Positions 7,548 to 16,918 of a stretch of DNA of 32,000 bases are shown here, piece by piece; position 1 is the stretch's first letter; each line of letters starts with the position of its first letter. The stretch is from an uncultured Erysipelotrichaceae bacterium (GTDB taxonomy: Bacteria; Bacillota_I; Bacilli_A; Erysipelotrichales; Erysipelotrichaceae). The notes beneath the pieces are model-generated. The model was given only the letters and a program-made list of their open reading frames with translations, searched no databases and had not been told where the DNA came from. The DNA lies in NCBI GenBank assembly GCA_942493105.1, contig OW818668.1, positions 120,001-152,000 of the forward strand, in the 5' to 3' direction. The position numbers and the translations under genes were made by a program.

Positions 7548-9305
7548 TTACTTGACACTGGCTAAAGCCAGGTCAATTTTTTCATAATAGGTATCCAGTT
7601 TTTCGATTTCGTTGTTTTTGACATCATATTTGATTTTGATCAACTCATCGAAAATACCAGTTGCTGTAATGGCTCTGATGGTTCTTTTGGTGCTAAGCAG
7701 ACGAACAGACTGCGCTTTTAAATACGAAATCAGCTGTAACATTTTAAATTGTTTCTCAAAGGGTACGAAAGTATCTTCCGGATGGAAAGCATTTTGTTGA
7801 AGATACCCGACACGAATAACTCTGGCGATCTCTAAGACCAACTTCTGATCATCAGGTAATACATCTGATCCGATGAGTTTGACGATCTCCATCAATTGGG
7901 TCTCTTCATGCAGGATGCTCATCATTTCGGCTCTGAGCCCAACGAATTTACGATCGACGTTGGTGTCATACCACTTCCTTAAATCATCCATATATTCTGA
8001 ATAAGAAATGTTCCAGTTGATGGCCGGGAAATGACGTGAATAAGCCAATGATTTATCCAAAGCCCAGAAAGCTCTGACGAAACGTTTTGTGTTTTGCGTG
8101 ACAGGTTCAGAAAAATCAGCACCTTGAGGAGAAACTGCCCCAATGATGGTGACGGATCCTTCTGAGTGATTGATGTTTTCGACATAACCAGCACGTTCAT
8201 AGAATTGTGAGATACGGGAAGGTAAATAAGCAGGAAAGCCTTCTTCAGCCGGCATTTCTTCTAAACGGCCTGATATTTCACGTAATGCTTCAGCCCATCG
8301 TGATGTAGAATCAGCCATCAGAGCCACATGATAGCCCATGTCGCGATAATACTCAGCTAAAGTGATACCTGTATAGATCGAAGCTTCACGTGCAGCTACA
8401 GGCATATTAGAGGTGTTAGCAATCAATACCGTTCTATCGGTCAAAGGTTTATGTGACTTAGGGTCCACCAATTCAGAGAATTCTTCCAAGACTTGGGTCA
8501 TCTCATTACCGCGTTCTCCGCAACCTACATAAACAATGATGTCCGCATCACACCATTTAGCCAGTTGGTGCTGAGTCATGGTTTTGCCTGCCCCAAAGCC
8601 TCCAGGTACTGCCGCAGCTCCACCTTTAGCGATCGGAAAGAAAGTATCGATGACACGCTGACCGGTAATCAAAGGAACAGATATGACTTGACGTCTGCCG
8701 ACAGGACGAGCTTGTCTGATCGGCCATTTTTGAACAGAACTTAAAGAATGCTGAATTCCATATTCATCTGTTACGATGATTAAGATCTCATTGATGTTGT
8801 AGGAACCATTATCTTTAGCGAAAGTGACAGTGCCTTTGATTTGATTAGGAACCATCATACGATGTTGGATCAATGATGTTTCTGGTGTTGTCGCAAAAAT
8901 ATCACCACCTAAGACTTTATCTCCAACTTTAACTTTTAATGTAATGTCCCAAAGCTTGGTTTCATTTAACGCATTGAGACCTCTGCCTTCAGAGACATAC
9001 ATCCCTGAAATTTCAGCCATTTCTTTTAAAGGTCTTTGAATCCCATCAAAAATATTGGTCAAGATGCCAGGACCTAAAGTAGCCCCTAAAGGACTATTAG
9101 ATTTAAAGATCGGTTCTCCGATTTTTAAGCCTGTGGTGCTTTCATAGACCTGGATCGTAGTATATATATCATTGATCCCAATGACTTCACCTAAAAGCTG
9201 TTTATGTCCCACATAAACCATTTCCAACATTTGAAAACCAACAGCCAGTTTCGTTTTAACGACTGGACCATTGATTGAATAGATGCTTGCGTTTGCTTTC
9301 ATCAT
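7548..9305 (-). CDS. ntpA: V/A-type ATPase catalytic subunit A
   Basis: Walker [11 protein letters not shown] and Walker B region [20 protein letters not shown]. Start at the ATGATG (9305 or 9302) just after TAGGAGG. The longer track ORF would overlap ntpE. Confidence 0.92.
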   Translation of the reverse strand: MMKANASIYSINGPVVKTKLAVGFQMLEMVYVGHKQLLGEVIGINDIYTTIQVYESTTGLKIGEPIFKSNSPLGATLGPGILTNIFDGIQRPLKEMAEISGMYVSEGRGLNALNETKLWDITLKVKVGDKVLGGDIFATTPETSLIQHRMMVPNQIKGTVTFAKDNGSYNINEILIIVTDEYGIQHSLSSVQKWPIRQARPVGRRQVISVPLITGQRVIDTFFPIAKGGAAAVPGGFGAGKTMTQHQLAKWCDADIIVYVGCGERGNEMTQVLEEFSELVDPKSHKPLTDRTVLIANTSNMPVAAREASIYTGITLAEYYRDMGYHVALMADSTSRWAEALREISGRLEEMPAEEGFPAYLPSRISQFYERAGYVENINHSEGSVTIIGAVSPQGADFSEPVTQNTKRFVRAFWALDKSLAYSRHFPAINWNISYSEYMDDLRKWYDTNVDRKFVGLRAEMMSILHEETQLMEIVKLIGSDVLPDDQKLVLEIARVIRVGYLQQNAFHPEDTFVPFEKQFKMLQLISYLKAQSVRLLSTKRTIRAITATGIFDELIKIKYDVKNNEIEKLDTYYEKIDLALASVK

Positions 9306-9310
9306 GCCTC

Positions 9311-9892
9311 CTAAAAGTCCAATTGAGAATGTGTCGTAAACCATTCCTTTTGAACCTTTAATGTATAATCCAATGATTCATCGATCTCCATTAAACCTGC
9401 TTTATCTTTCAAGATAAAACCACCGATATGGATGCGTTCGCTGACTTCAACACTGACCCGTTGTTTTGACAGATCTTCAAAAAGGTTCTTGTCTACAGCT
9501 TTGACTAATATGGTTGCACCTAAAGCCGTATTTTCACTTAAAATACGTTCTAAAGATGTTTTTACGAAGTCTTTATATTCAGATGTTTTGGTGAAATCAA
9601 TCAGTTCTTGTTTGACCTTTACGAATAGTTCATCGACCAATTCAGCCCTACGGATAAAAAGGTCTTTTTTGACTTTCCATTTGGATTGAGATTCATTTTG
9701 AATCAAAGAGTTACGAAGTTCAGATAAGGCCAATTCACTATAAACATTGGCTTCTTCTTGGGCTTCTTCTCTAAAACGCTCGATGATTTCCTGTCTTTGG
9801 CTTTCATAATCAATCTGAAGATTCATCAAACGTTCTTGGCTTTGAGTTTGAATCGCCTTGACTAAGTTTTCTGCTAGTTTTTCTTGTTCCAT
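9311..9892 (-). CDS. ntpE: V/A-type ATPase subunit E (peripheral stalk)
   Basis: 193-aa protein with a coiled-coil N-terminus and globular C-terminus. Positioned directly upstream of A. RBS TTAGGAG. Confidence 0.75.
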   Translation of the reverse strand: MEQEKLAENLVKAIQTQSQERLMNLQIDYESQRQEIIERFREEAQEEANVYSELALSELRNSLIQNESQSKWKVKKDLFIRRAELVDELFVKVKQELIDFTKTSEYKDFVKTSLERILSENTALGATILVKAVDKNLFEDLSKQRVSVEVSERIHIGGFILKDKAGLMEIDESLDYTLKVQKEWFTTHSQLDF

Positions 9893-9900
9893 AGGGGCTC

Positions 9901-10209
9901 CTAAATCTTGATGCCGATGGCTTCACTGATATAGGCATCAATGGTCTCACCGATTTTTGCTGAACCATGTCGATCGGGAATTTCCACGATCAAAGGTTTA
10001 GATAATTTAAGCTTAAGTTCAGCGATTTCTCCAGGGGCAGTCGCAACAGCCAAGGTCGTCATCAAAACGATGGCAATACTGTCATCTTGAATGGCTTTAT
10101 TGAGCTCACTGAGCACTTCTTCCCTAGTATGGACAACGACCCCATCTATGCCTGCTAAACGCAGACCCATTTGGGTATCGGTGTTATCACTGATCAAAAA
10201 GAATTTCAT
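9901..10209 (-). CDS. V/A-type ATPase subunit F
   Basis: 102 aa. MKFFLISDNTDTQMGLRLAGIDGVVV is typical of subunit F. Confidence 0.85.
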   Translation of the reverse strand: MKFFLISDNTDTQMGLRLAGIDGVVVHTREEVLSELNKAIQDDSIAIVLMTTLAVATAPGEIAELKLKLSKPLIVEIPDRHGSAKIGETIDAYISEAIGIKI

Positions 10210-10213
10210 AGAC

Positions 10214-10654
10214 TTAAAGTTTGTTGATGATAAGGATGGAGATCAACAATCCGTAAATAGCGACCCCTTCAGCCAAAGCAACGAAGATCATCGCTTTACC
10301 AAAGTTTTCGGAATTTTCGGAGATGGCTCCAATCGCAGCCGGTGCAGCTGCCGCAACCGCAAAGCCGGCACCTAAGGCAGAAGCCGAAGTAACGATGGCT
10401 GCCGCAATAAAGCCTAGGCCTTGTGCATTTGTTCCAGCAATACCGGTTGGGATGGTTTCAGCCGCATGAGCGACTAAGCCATTGACTTGGAATATCAAGA
10501 CACCTAAGAAAGCTGCCGCAAACAAACTGATTTGAGTCAAGACTCTGAATTTTGCATTCTTGGCGGAGACTTTGCCAGAAAGGACCGGAATGACCGGAAG
10601 GGAGATTAAGGCGATGATGAATAAAGGTGCAACTGCTTCGAAGATCGTTAACAT
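10214..10654 (-). CDS. ntpK: V/A-type ATPase proteolipid subunit K (c/L)
   Basis: 146 aa, 4 predicted TM helices. C-terminal hairpin ALGAGFAVAAAAPAAIGAISENSENFGKAMIFVALAEGVAIYGLL carries the conserved carboxylate. Strong RBS AGGAGGAAA. Confidence 0.88.
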   Translation of the reverse strand: MLTIFEAVAPLFIIALISLPVIPVLSGKVSAKNAKFRVLTQISLFAAAFLGVLIFQVNGLVAHAAETIPTGIAGTNAQGLGFIAAAIVTSASALGAGFAVAAAAPAAIGAISENSENFGKAMIFVALAEGVAIYGLLISILIINKL

Positions 10655-10667
10655 GGGTTGTTTCCTC

Positions 10668-12497
10668 CTAGTGATCTAATGTGGTGGTGGGGATGTATTT
10701 TTTGCCCCCGCCTTCATAGTAACGGCTAAACATTTCATAATACTGAAGCCTTAAGGTTTGGATACCGACGATCAGGCCTTCAAGGCCCATGACAAATATA
10801 TTTCCGATGATGATGACCAGCAAACCAGCTGAGCCACTCATATCCTTAAGGGTCATAACAACGAACATCATTCCGGCATGTGAGAGCACGAAACCTCCAA
10901 CACGCAAGAAACTCATCGTATTTGATACAAAACTCAATAGGACTTCAATGAGTTCAAACACAGCTTCGGTCAGATAACCACCCCAACCTTCGTGAGGTTT
11001 GATGGCGACCTTCTTGACCAGATGAGTCAATGGTTCACGAAGCAAGATCATCAATAAGGGGATCCCTAAGAAGATGATTTCTGTAAAGATATTGAGCACC
11101 TTGATTTGAAACATCATCTCAAGGGTCAACATCCCAATCAAAGATCCATAGAAGATAAAGCCTGCCAATCCATTCTGTGAGAAGAGGGCTTCTCCCAATT
11201 GTTTACGTTTGAAACGTAAGATAATATTAATGAAGATGGAACTTAGGATCAAGGTTGCCCCAATCGCAATGGCTCCTAATAGTAAGACATTGGTACTTGA
11301 AGGTTCCATGACTTCTAAAGGTTTACCACTCATCCCTAATGCTGTATACAGCGGATCTAAGACGTGTTCTTCCCCAAAGAAGGATCCAAACACCAATCCA
11401 AAGAACATTGAGAATATGCCGATCCTAATGGCTGCAGAAGCCAAACGATTACCTGTTTTCTTCCATAAGAGCCAACCGCCTAAGCTTAAGACAAAACCTT
11501 GTCCAAGGTCTCCAAACATGATTCCAAACAAGAAACAATACGTTACTGCGAGATATAGCGTTGGATCGAAATCGCCATAATGAGGTAAACCATACATTTC
11601 GATGAAGAGCTCAAAGGGTTTTGCGAACCAGTTGTTCTTTAAGATCGTAGGAGGTTCTAAACCTTCTTCTAAGCCGGCTGGGAAGTCTTGGATCGTAACA
11701 TCTTCCATCTCTCCAAACATGGATTTAAAGGCCTTTACACGCTTCTTAGGAACAAAGCCAGTGACAACAGCGATGTCATCGAAGATGGCCATATATTTAT
11801 AATATCTTCTTATTTCAGCATTATGTTCAACATAACCATAAATCTGTCCTATGGTTGATTCACAGTCCAAGGCAAGCTGTTTCTCATCGATCTTAGGAAT
11901 AGGGATGGGTTCAAAGAATAAGCTCTCTAAGACGCTCTGATTGATTTTTGCGTCATCTGCATTACTGATGATGAAGATCCAGACATAGTGATTGTTTTTA
12001 AAGACGATCTGATGGACAAAGCCTTTTTCAGCCAGAAGGGCCAGTTTTGATTGTGAGATCAAAGGCAAACGGCCAAAGGTAACGGCAGTGAAACTTAAAT
12101 GATTTAAAGCTTCGATGTTGAACTTTCTGAGTTCAACCAAAGCTTCTTTGTCTTCTTTGGTCAAGATCGATTGATTGAGTTGTTGTTCATTGATCTTTTC
12201 ATAATTGACTTCTGCTAAACGAATGTGGTTTTCAATTTCTTCGTCAGTAAAAACACTGACTCCATCATATGCACAGGTAAAATCAGAGTGTAAATTTGAG
12301 AAGATAAGCTGTATGCGTTTATAAAAATCCGCATAGGTATTGTCTTCAGGCATGACTTGTCCGCCATTGCCTTCATTGATGACATGACTGGCCAGTTCCG
12401 CATGCATATCGTCGGAAGAAAAGGCAGTCAATAGTATTTTTTCGATGTTTTCTTTGGATCCTGCCAGTCGCAGTAATCGCATTGGTTCTATAGCCAT
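10668..12497 (-). CDS. ntpI: V/A-type ATPase subunit I (a, stator/ion channel)
   Basis: 609 aa with a soluble N-terminal half and a polytopic C-terminal half, including LSFLRVGGFVLSHAGM (conserved Arg region). Confidence 0.9.
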   Translation of the reverse strand: MAIEPMRLLRLAGSKENIEKILLTAFSSDDMHAELASHVINEGNGGQVMPEDNTYADFYKRIQLIFSNLHSDFTCAYDGVSVFTDEEIENHIRLAEVNYEKINEQQLNQSILTKEDKEALVELRKFNIEALNHLSFTAVTFGRLPLISQSKLALLAEKGFVHQIVFKNNHYVWIFIISNADDAKINQSVLESLFFEPIPIPKIDEKQLALDCESTIGQIYGYVEHNAEIRRYYKYMAIFDDIAVVTGFVPKKRVKAFKSMFGEMEDVTIQDFPAGLEEGLEPPTILKNNWFAKPFELFIEMYGLPHYGDFDPTLYLAVTYCFLFGIMFGDLGQGFVLSLGGWLLWKKTGNRLASAAIRIGIFSMFFGLVFGSFFGEEHVLDPLYTALGMSGKPLEVMEPSSTNVLLLGAIAIGATLILSSIFINIILRFKRKQLGEALFSQNGLAGFIFYGSLIGMLTLEMMFQIKVLNIFTEIIFLGIPLLMILLREPLTHLVKKVAIKPHEGWGGYLTEAVFELIEVLLSFVSNTMSFLRVGGFVLSHAGMMFVVMTLKDMSGSAGLLVIIIGNIFVMGLEGLIVGIQTLRLQYYEMFSRYYEGGGKKYIPTTTLDH

Positions 12498-12506
12498 GGG
12501 TTCCTC

Positions 12507-13538
12507 CTAATAGATAAGCAATTTGGCGATCTTGTCGGTTTCGACTTTATATCGGACGCCTTCGATGATGTCGATGATGTTTCTGGTTTCAATTTCCAAA
12601 AGATTCATATAAGCAAGCATGACCACATTGGGATCGGTTGCGAAACGTATGAAATGTTTATTGATGTTGTACATGATTGAATCCATATGATATTCGATGT
12701 ATACGAAATCTTTTTTATTGATGGATGACTTGTAAGCTGTTGTAGAGAGCGCATCTACAAACTCATCAGCCGTTTTCGACTGTATCCATTGATGCAAAGT
12801 GTGTTTAGGGATCTTGACATATACAGGATGTAATACTTTGATGATGTCTTCAGGTGTCGTTTTGTAGTATTTCTTTAAACGATAGATCTTGGTGATGTTA
12901 TCGAGTTCGATCTGAGTGTTGAATACTTCCAGCATCTGTGATTTTGCTGTCCCAGTAAATTCTTTCTCGATATAACCCAGTATTCTGTCATGATACATCG
13001 TATTAAGCGCTACTTCACATGATGTATAGTCGAGTTCTTCATTTACTTTAGGTTTAAAAGGCAACAATATCTCATAATACATCGTATCTTTAAGGATCAG
13101 CAAGAGTTCTTCATAAGAATTGACGTTGACTAACCTTTGTAAATCAAAGGTCGTCATTTTGTTGGCAAACAAAGGCAACTGTGAAATCTGTCCACCCTTC
13201 TCTGTTTCTTTAAGGAAACGGATCGTCATTAAGATTTGTTTAATTTCAAGTTGTAGAATACCATATTGATAAAACTTATGATTACGGGTCTCACCATAAC
13301 GAATCAACTGCATAAAATCCAAAAAGAGACGCTGACGGATCAACACTTCAAGATAGCCTCTATGAATCGAAGATTCATTGATGCCTTCTAGGATCTTGTC
13401 ATAATGGGTCTCGTTTTTTAAATATCCGGCAATTTCTTGTACAGACCGCTTTCTAAGAAGTTCATCATAATCAGACTTGCTCAGATGCGCCCCATACATG
13501 GCTTTGGCTTTTGCGGCCAAGGCTTGGGTAGCACTCAT
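12507..13538 (-). CDS. ntpC: V/A-type ATPase subunit C (d)
   Basis: 343-aa all-helical protein. N-terminus AKAKAMYGAHLSKSDYDELL…EIAGYLK is typical of the bacterial subunit C/d family. Confidence 0.85.
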   Translation of the reverse strand: MSATQALAAKAKAMYGAHLSKSDYDELLRKRSVQEIAGYLKNETHYDKILEGINESSIHRGYLEVLIRQRLFLDFMQLIRYGETRNHKFYQYGILQLEIKQILMTIRFLKETEKGGQISQLPLFANKMTTFDLQRLVNVNSYEELLLILKDTMYYEILLPFKPKVNEELDYTSCEVALNTMYHDRILGYIEKEFTGTAKSQMLEVFNTQIELDNITKIYRLKKYYKTTPEDIIKVLHPVYVKIPKHTLHQWIQSKTADEFVDALSTTAYKSSINKKDFVYIEYHMDSIMYNINKHFIRFATDPNVVMLAYMNLLEIETRNIIDIIEGVRYKVETDKIAKLLIY

Positions 13539-13540
13539 GC

Positions 13541-13858
13541 CTAACCTTCCTTTTTAAGACAGCGGGCAAGCAGTAGAGCGTGCCATTGTTTTTCACGTGC
13601 TTTAAAATTGTCTTCAAGGATCTTGAGGGCGGTTTGGTATTGTTGATTGCTGTCAGCTTGAGCTTTATCCAACTGTGCTGTAAGTTTGAGGCGTTCAGCC
13701 TCAACTTGAGCTTTGACCTTGTTCCAGACTTCTTCTTGGATACGGGTCTTTTCTTTATGGATGTTCATCAAAGCATCTTTGATTTTATCCTGGGCAAGTT
13801 GATAAGCTTCTTGAGCTTTAAGATCTGCTTCAATAATGGACTTGATTCGTGTTTCCAA
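13541..13858 (-). CDS. Coiled-coil V-ATPase peripheral-stalk subunit (G/H-like), TTG start
   Basis: GGAGG (13870-13866) lies 7 nt before TTG 13858. The product is about 105 aa and almost entirely heptad-like helix. First gene of the operon. The ATG at 13912 in the track lies inside the promoter -35 box. Confidence 0.55.
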   Translation of the reverse strand: METRIKSIIEADLKAQEAYQLAQDKIKDALMNIHKEKTRIQEEVWNKVKAQVEAERLKLTAQLDKAQADSNQQYQTALKILEDNFKAREKQWHALLLARCLKKEG

Positions 13859-13883
13859 GGGACTACCTCCAGACAACTTACTT

Positions 13884-13912
13884 ATTATACTCCTGTCTTT
13901 TTCACAATTCAA
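13884..13912 (-). promoter_or_regulatory. V-ATPase operon promoter TTGAAT-17-TATAAT
   Basis: Minus strand TTGAAT (13912-13907), 17-nt spacer, TATAAT (13889-13884). Confidence 0.6.
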
Positions 13913-13913
13913 T

Positions 13914-13953
13914 TAAAAACAGGGTCAGCTTTTTAAAAAGCGATCCCCTGTTT
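13914..13953 (-). terminator. Intrinsic terminator of the opp operon
   Basis: Minus strand AAACAGGGG…CCCTGTTTTTAATT, a long imperfect hairpin 12 nt after the oppF stop. Confidence 0.7.
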
Positions 13954-13965
13954 AATTTAAGATAA

Positions 13966-14901
13966 TTAGTCGATCAATGCTTTCTTATACGTTTCGAGTT
14001 CTTTCGCATTGGCCCACACAAAGTGGTCTTTTGAAATTTCTACGAAAGATGGATGATCCGTACTGTAATCGTGTTGTGAACCATCATAGAATAGCGGTAC
14101 TTTCTTGCTTTCCATGATTGGATCAGGCATCGGTATAGCGGATAATAGGCTCTTAGTATAAGGATGGAGCGGATTCTTGAAGAGTTCTTCAGTTTCTGCC
14201 AATTCTACGATACGACCCAAGTGTATGACTGCGATACGATCTGAAATGAAGCGTACGACGGATAAGTCATGGGCGATAAAGAGATAGGTCAGCCCTTTAT
14301 CTTCTTGAAGCGTCTTCATCAGATTTAAGACTTGGGCTCTAATCGATACATCCAAGGCAGATATCGGTTCATCAGCGACAATTAACTTAGGTTCTAGAAC
14401 CATGGCTCTGGCAATTCCGATACGTTGACGTTGTCCACCTGAGAATTCATGAGGATAACGGGTAATGTGTTCATCCAGTAATCCAACTTCTGTTAAACTC
14501 TTCAATACTTTGGCTTTACGATCGGCTTCATCTTTGTATAAATGGAAGTTATATAACCCTTCCGAGATGATGTAGTCGACTGTGGCACGTTCGTTGAGTG
14601 AAGTGGCAGGATCTTGGAAGATCATTTGAATACTTTTGGTGACCCACTTGGTATCCTCAGAATTAAGTCTTCCACTAATATCCTTGCCTTCAAATTCAAT
14701 GCTGCCTTTCGCTAATGGATTGATGCGGACAATGGCACGACCAATGGTGGTCTTACCTGATCCTGATTCACCAACCAAGGCAAAGGTTTCACCCTTATAA
14801 ATATCAAACGAGGCTTCTCTAACGGCTGTAAAGACTCCTTTTCCTTTAGGGAAAGTAATGGTTACATCTTTAAGAGAAAGTAATACTTCTTTGGAAGTCA
14901 T
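13966..14901 (-). CDS. oppF: Oligopeptide ABC transporter ATP-binding protein OppF/AmiF
   Basis: Walker [10 protein letters not shown], signature [12 protein letters not shown], Walker [13 protein letters not shown]. Start at MTSKEVLL (ATG 14901), with AAAGGAGG 9 nt upstream. Confidence 0.9.
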   Translation of the reverse strand: MTSKEVLLSLKDVTITFPKGKGVFTAVREASFDIYKGETFALVGESGSGKTTIGRAIVRINPLAKGSIEFEGKDISGRLNSEDTKWVTKSIQMIFQDPATSLNERATVDYIISEGLYNFHLYKDEADRKAKVLKSLTEVGLLDEHITRYPHEFSGGQRQRIGIARAMVLEPKLIVADEPISALDVSIRAQVLNLMKTLQEDKGLTYLFIAHDLSVVRFISDRIAVIHLGRIVELAETEELFKNPLHPYTKSLLSAIPMPDPIMESKKVPLFYDGSQHDYSTDHPSFVEISKDHFVWANAKELETYKKALID

Positions 14902-14902
14902 G

Positions 14903-15958
14903 TTATAGCGCCTCCTTTCCATAGATTTTCACGATGGTCGCATGAAGATCTCTGATGGCTTTTGGACATTCAACTCTTGGAGCTCGGGGATCAAGCAACC
15001 AAGTCTTGGCGAAATGTGATTCGGTAATCATGAAGAACGGAGGTTCTTCTTCAAAATCAATGTTCATTGCATATGGATTACGTTGGGCAAACGCATCTCC
15101 TTTGACTTCATAGAACAATGAAGGAGGTGTACCCGGAATGGAATAAAGTCTTTCGCCTTTGATTCCAAGCTGTGGTAAAGATGATAAGAGAGCCCATGTA
15201 TAAGGATGTTTAGGAGAATAGAAAATCTCATGACTGGTTCCATATTCAACGATTTGACCAGCATACATAACAGCCACACGCTGAGCAACATTGGCAACCA
15301 CACCTAAGTCATGGGTAATGTAAATCGTAGTAAATCCAAATTCTTTTTGAAGATTCTTGATCAATTCTAGAATCTGAGCCTGAATGGTAACATCCAAAGC
15401 CGTTGTAGGTTCATCACAAATTAAGATCTTAGGACGGCAAGCCAAAGCAATCGCAATGACGATACGTTGTCTCATACCTCCAGAATATTGGAATGGGTAT
15501 TCATTGAAACGATCAGCAGCGTTTGGAATCCCAACTTTATCCATCAAATCGATGGCGATTTCTCGGGCTTCTTTTCTGTTTTTCTTTTGATGTTTGATAA
15601 TGACTTCAGTAATCTGAGTACCAATTGTTCTAATGGGGTTCAATGAAGACATTGGGTCTTGGAAAACAGTGGCGATTTTAGATCCACGGATTTTTTCCCA
15701 AGTTTTATTGCTTTTAATTTGAACTAAGTCTTGATCTTCAAAGAATATCTTGCCACCATCAATAAAACCATTGCTTTCCAACATCCCTGTGAAGGTTTTT
15801 GTAAGCACAGTTTTTCCTGAGCCGGATTCACCGACGATAGCAAGTGTTTCGCCTTCGTAAAGGTCTAAAGACACTTTTCTGATGGCTGTTAAGACGCGGT
15901 CGCGTACGCGGAATTTTACGACAACGTCACGAGCTGATAAGATTACTTTTCTTTCCAT
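14903..15958 (-). CDS. oppD: Oligopeptide ABC transporter ATP-binding protein OppD/AmiE
   Basis: Walker [10 protein letters not shown], signature [12 protein letters not shown], Walker [14 protein letters not shown]-terminal oligopeptide-type extension. RBS AAGGAG. Confidence 0.9.
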   Translation of the reverse strand: MERKVILSARDVVVKFRVRDRVLTAIRKVSLDLYEGETLAIVGESGSGKTVLTKTFTGMLESNGFIDGGKIFFEDQDLVQIKSNKTWEKIRGSKIATVFQDPMSSLNPIRTIGTQITEVIIKHQKKNRKEAREIAIDLMDKVGIPNAADRFNEYPFQYSGGMRQRIVIAIALACRPKILICDEPTTALDVTIQAQILELIKNLQKEFGFTTIYITHDLGVVANVAQRVAVMYAGQIVEYGTSHEIFYSPKHPYTWALLSSLPQLGIKGERLYSIPGTPPSLFYEVKGDAFAQRNPYAMNIDFEEEPPFFMITESHFAKTWLLDPRAPRVECPKAIRDLHATIVKIYGKEAL

Positions 15959-15967
15959 AAGTGCTCC

Positions 15968-16918
15968 TTAGCGGTGTGTCTTCGGATCAGACGCATCCGC
16001 AAAGGTCTGGCCAACGATATAGAATGAAACGGAAACAGATGCTAAAACCATGACGGGAATCCAAAATAGGTAAGGATATGTACCATAAAATGTAATATAA
16101 ATAGAAATCAGTTTTCCCAATGAGGTGATTTGAGGAGGAAGACCTACTCCTAAAAAGGATAAGAAAGCCTCCGTTGAAATGATCGAAGGTATTTCACGAG
16201 ACAAAAGTGTCACTATAACCGACGTTAAAAAGGGTAGAATGTTTCGAGTGATCATACGGGTCGAACTGGTTCCTAAAGTGCGAGAAACCAAATTATATTC
16301 ACGATCACGGATGATCATAACTTGAGTACGAATAAAGTAGGCAATATTCAACCACTCTGTCATACACAAGACGAAAATCAACTGCCAAAAACCAGGTCCT
16401 AAGATATACATCAACATCAACGCGACCAGAAGAAAAGGAACATTGGCGATGACATTATACACTTCAAGAAGATACTTATCTAATTTTTTATTGTAGCCCC
16501 AAATAGCACCCACTGTAACCCCAACACCCATATTGATTGATGTTGCCAAAAGTGCAATTGTTATTGATGTACGTGCTCCTGACCAAACAGCATCAAACAA
16601 AGAGTTGCCCCAGTGATCAGTTCCAAACCAATATTTTAAATTGGGCGGATTAAATCGAATGGTAAAATCACTGATATCCGGGGAAGCCATCGGGTTGTAA
16701 TTGCTAAACAAAGGTTGAATCATAGATATTGCGAAAATCACAACCGCCATGATAAGCATAAAAATGGCGAGTTTACTTTTGAAAAATTGTTTAAAAACAC
16801 TTCTCCAATACGAATAATGAGGTGCTGAAATATGCTCAGAAGCAAATTCATCAATTTTGACAAGTTTGAATTTTTCGTTAACGTTTGACATTTCGCTTCT
16901 TACCTTTCTTCTTGTCAT
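15968..16918 (-). CDS. oppC: Oligopeptide ABC transporter permease OppC/AmiD
   Basis: 316-aa polytopic permease of the BPD_transp_1 type. The start is ambiguous between ATG 16918 and ATG 16891 (MSNVNEKF); both overlap the oppB end. Confidence 0.85.
   Translation of the reverse strand: MTRRKVRSEMSNVNEKFKLVKIDEFASEHISAPHYSYWRSVFKQFFKSKLAIFMLIMAVVIFAISMIQPLFSNYNPMASPDISDFTIRFNPPNLKYWFGTDHWGNSLFDAVWSGARTSITIALLATSINMGVGVTVGAIWGYNKKLDKYLLEVYNVIANVPFLLVALMLMYILGPGFWQLIFVLCMTEWLNIAYFIRTQVMIIRDREYNLVSRTLGTSSTRMITRNILPFLTSVIVTLLSREIPSIISTEAFLSFLGVGLPPQITSLGKLISIYITFYGTYPYLFWIPVMVLASVSVSFYIVGQTFADASDPKTHR

Noticed and set aside
13859-13912. Longer 123-aa form of the first V-ATPase gene, starting at ATG 13912
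   Set aside because: That ATG lies inside the -35 box of the TTGAAT-17-TATAAT promoter and has no RBS. GGAGG followed after 7 nt by TTG at 13858 fits better.
5685-13936. Nested or antisense ORFs inside the V-ATPase genes (e.g. 5685-5939, 6865-7110, 7979-8200, 8493-8744, 9432-9689, 11209-11580, 13580-13936)
   Set aside because: All overlap confidently identified conserved subunits in other frames. They have no RBS and have low-complexity or atypical composition.
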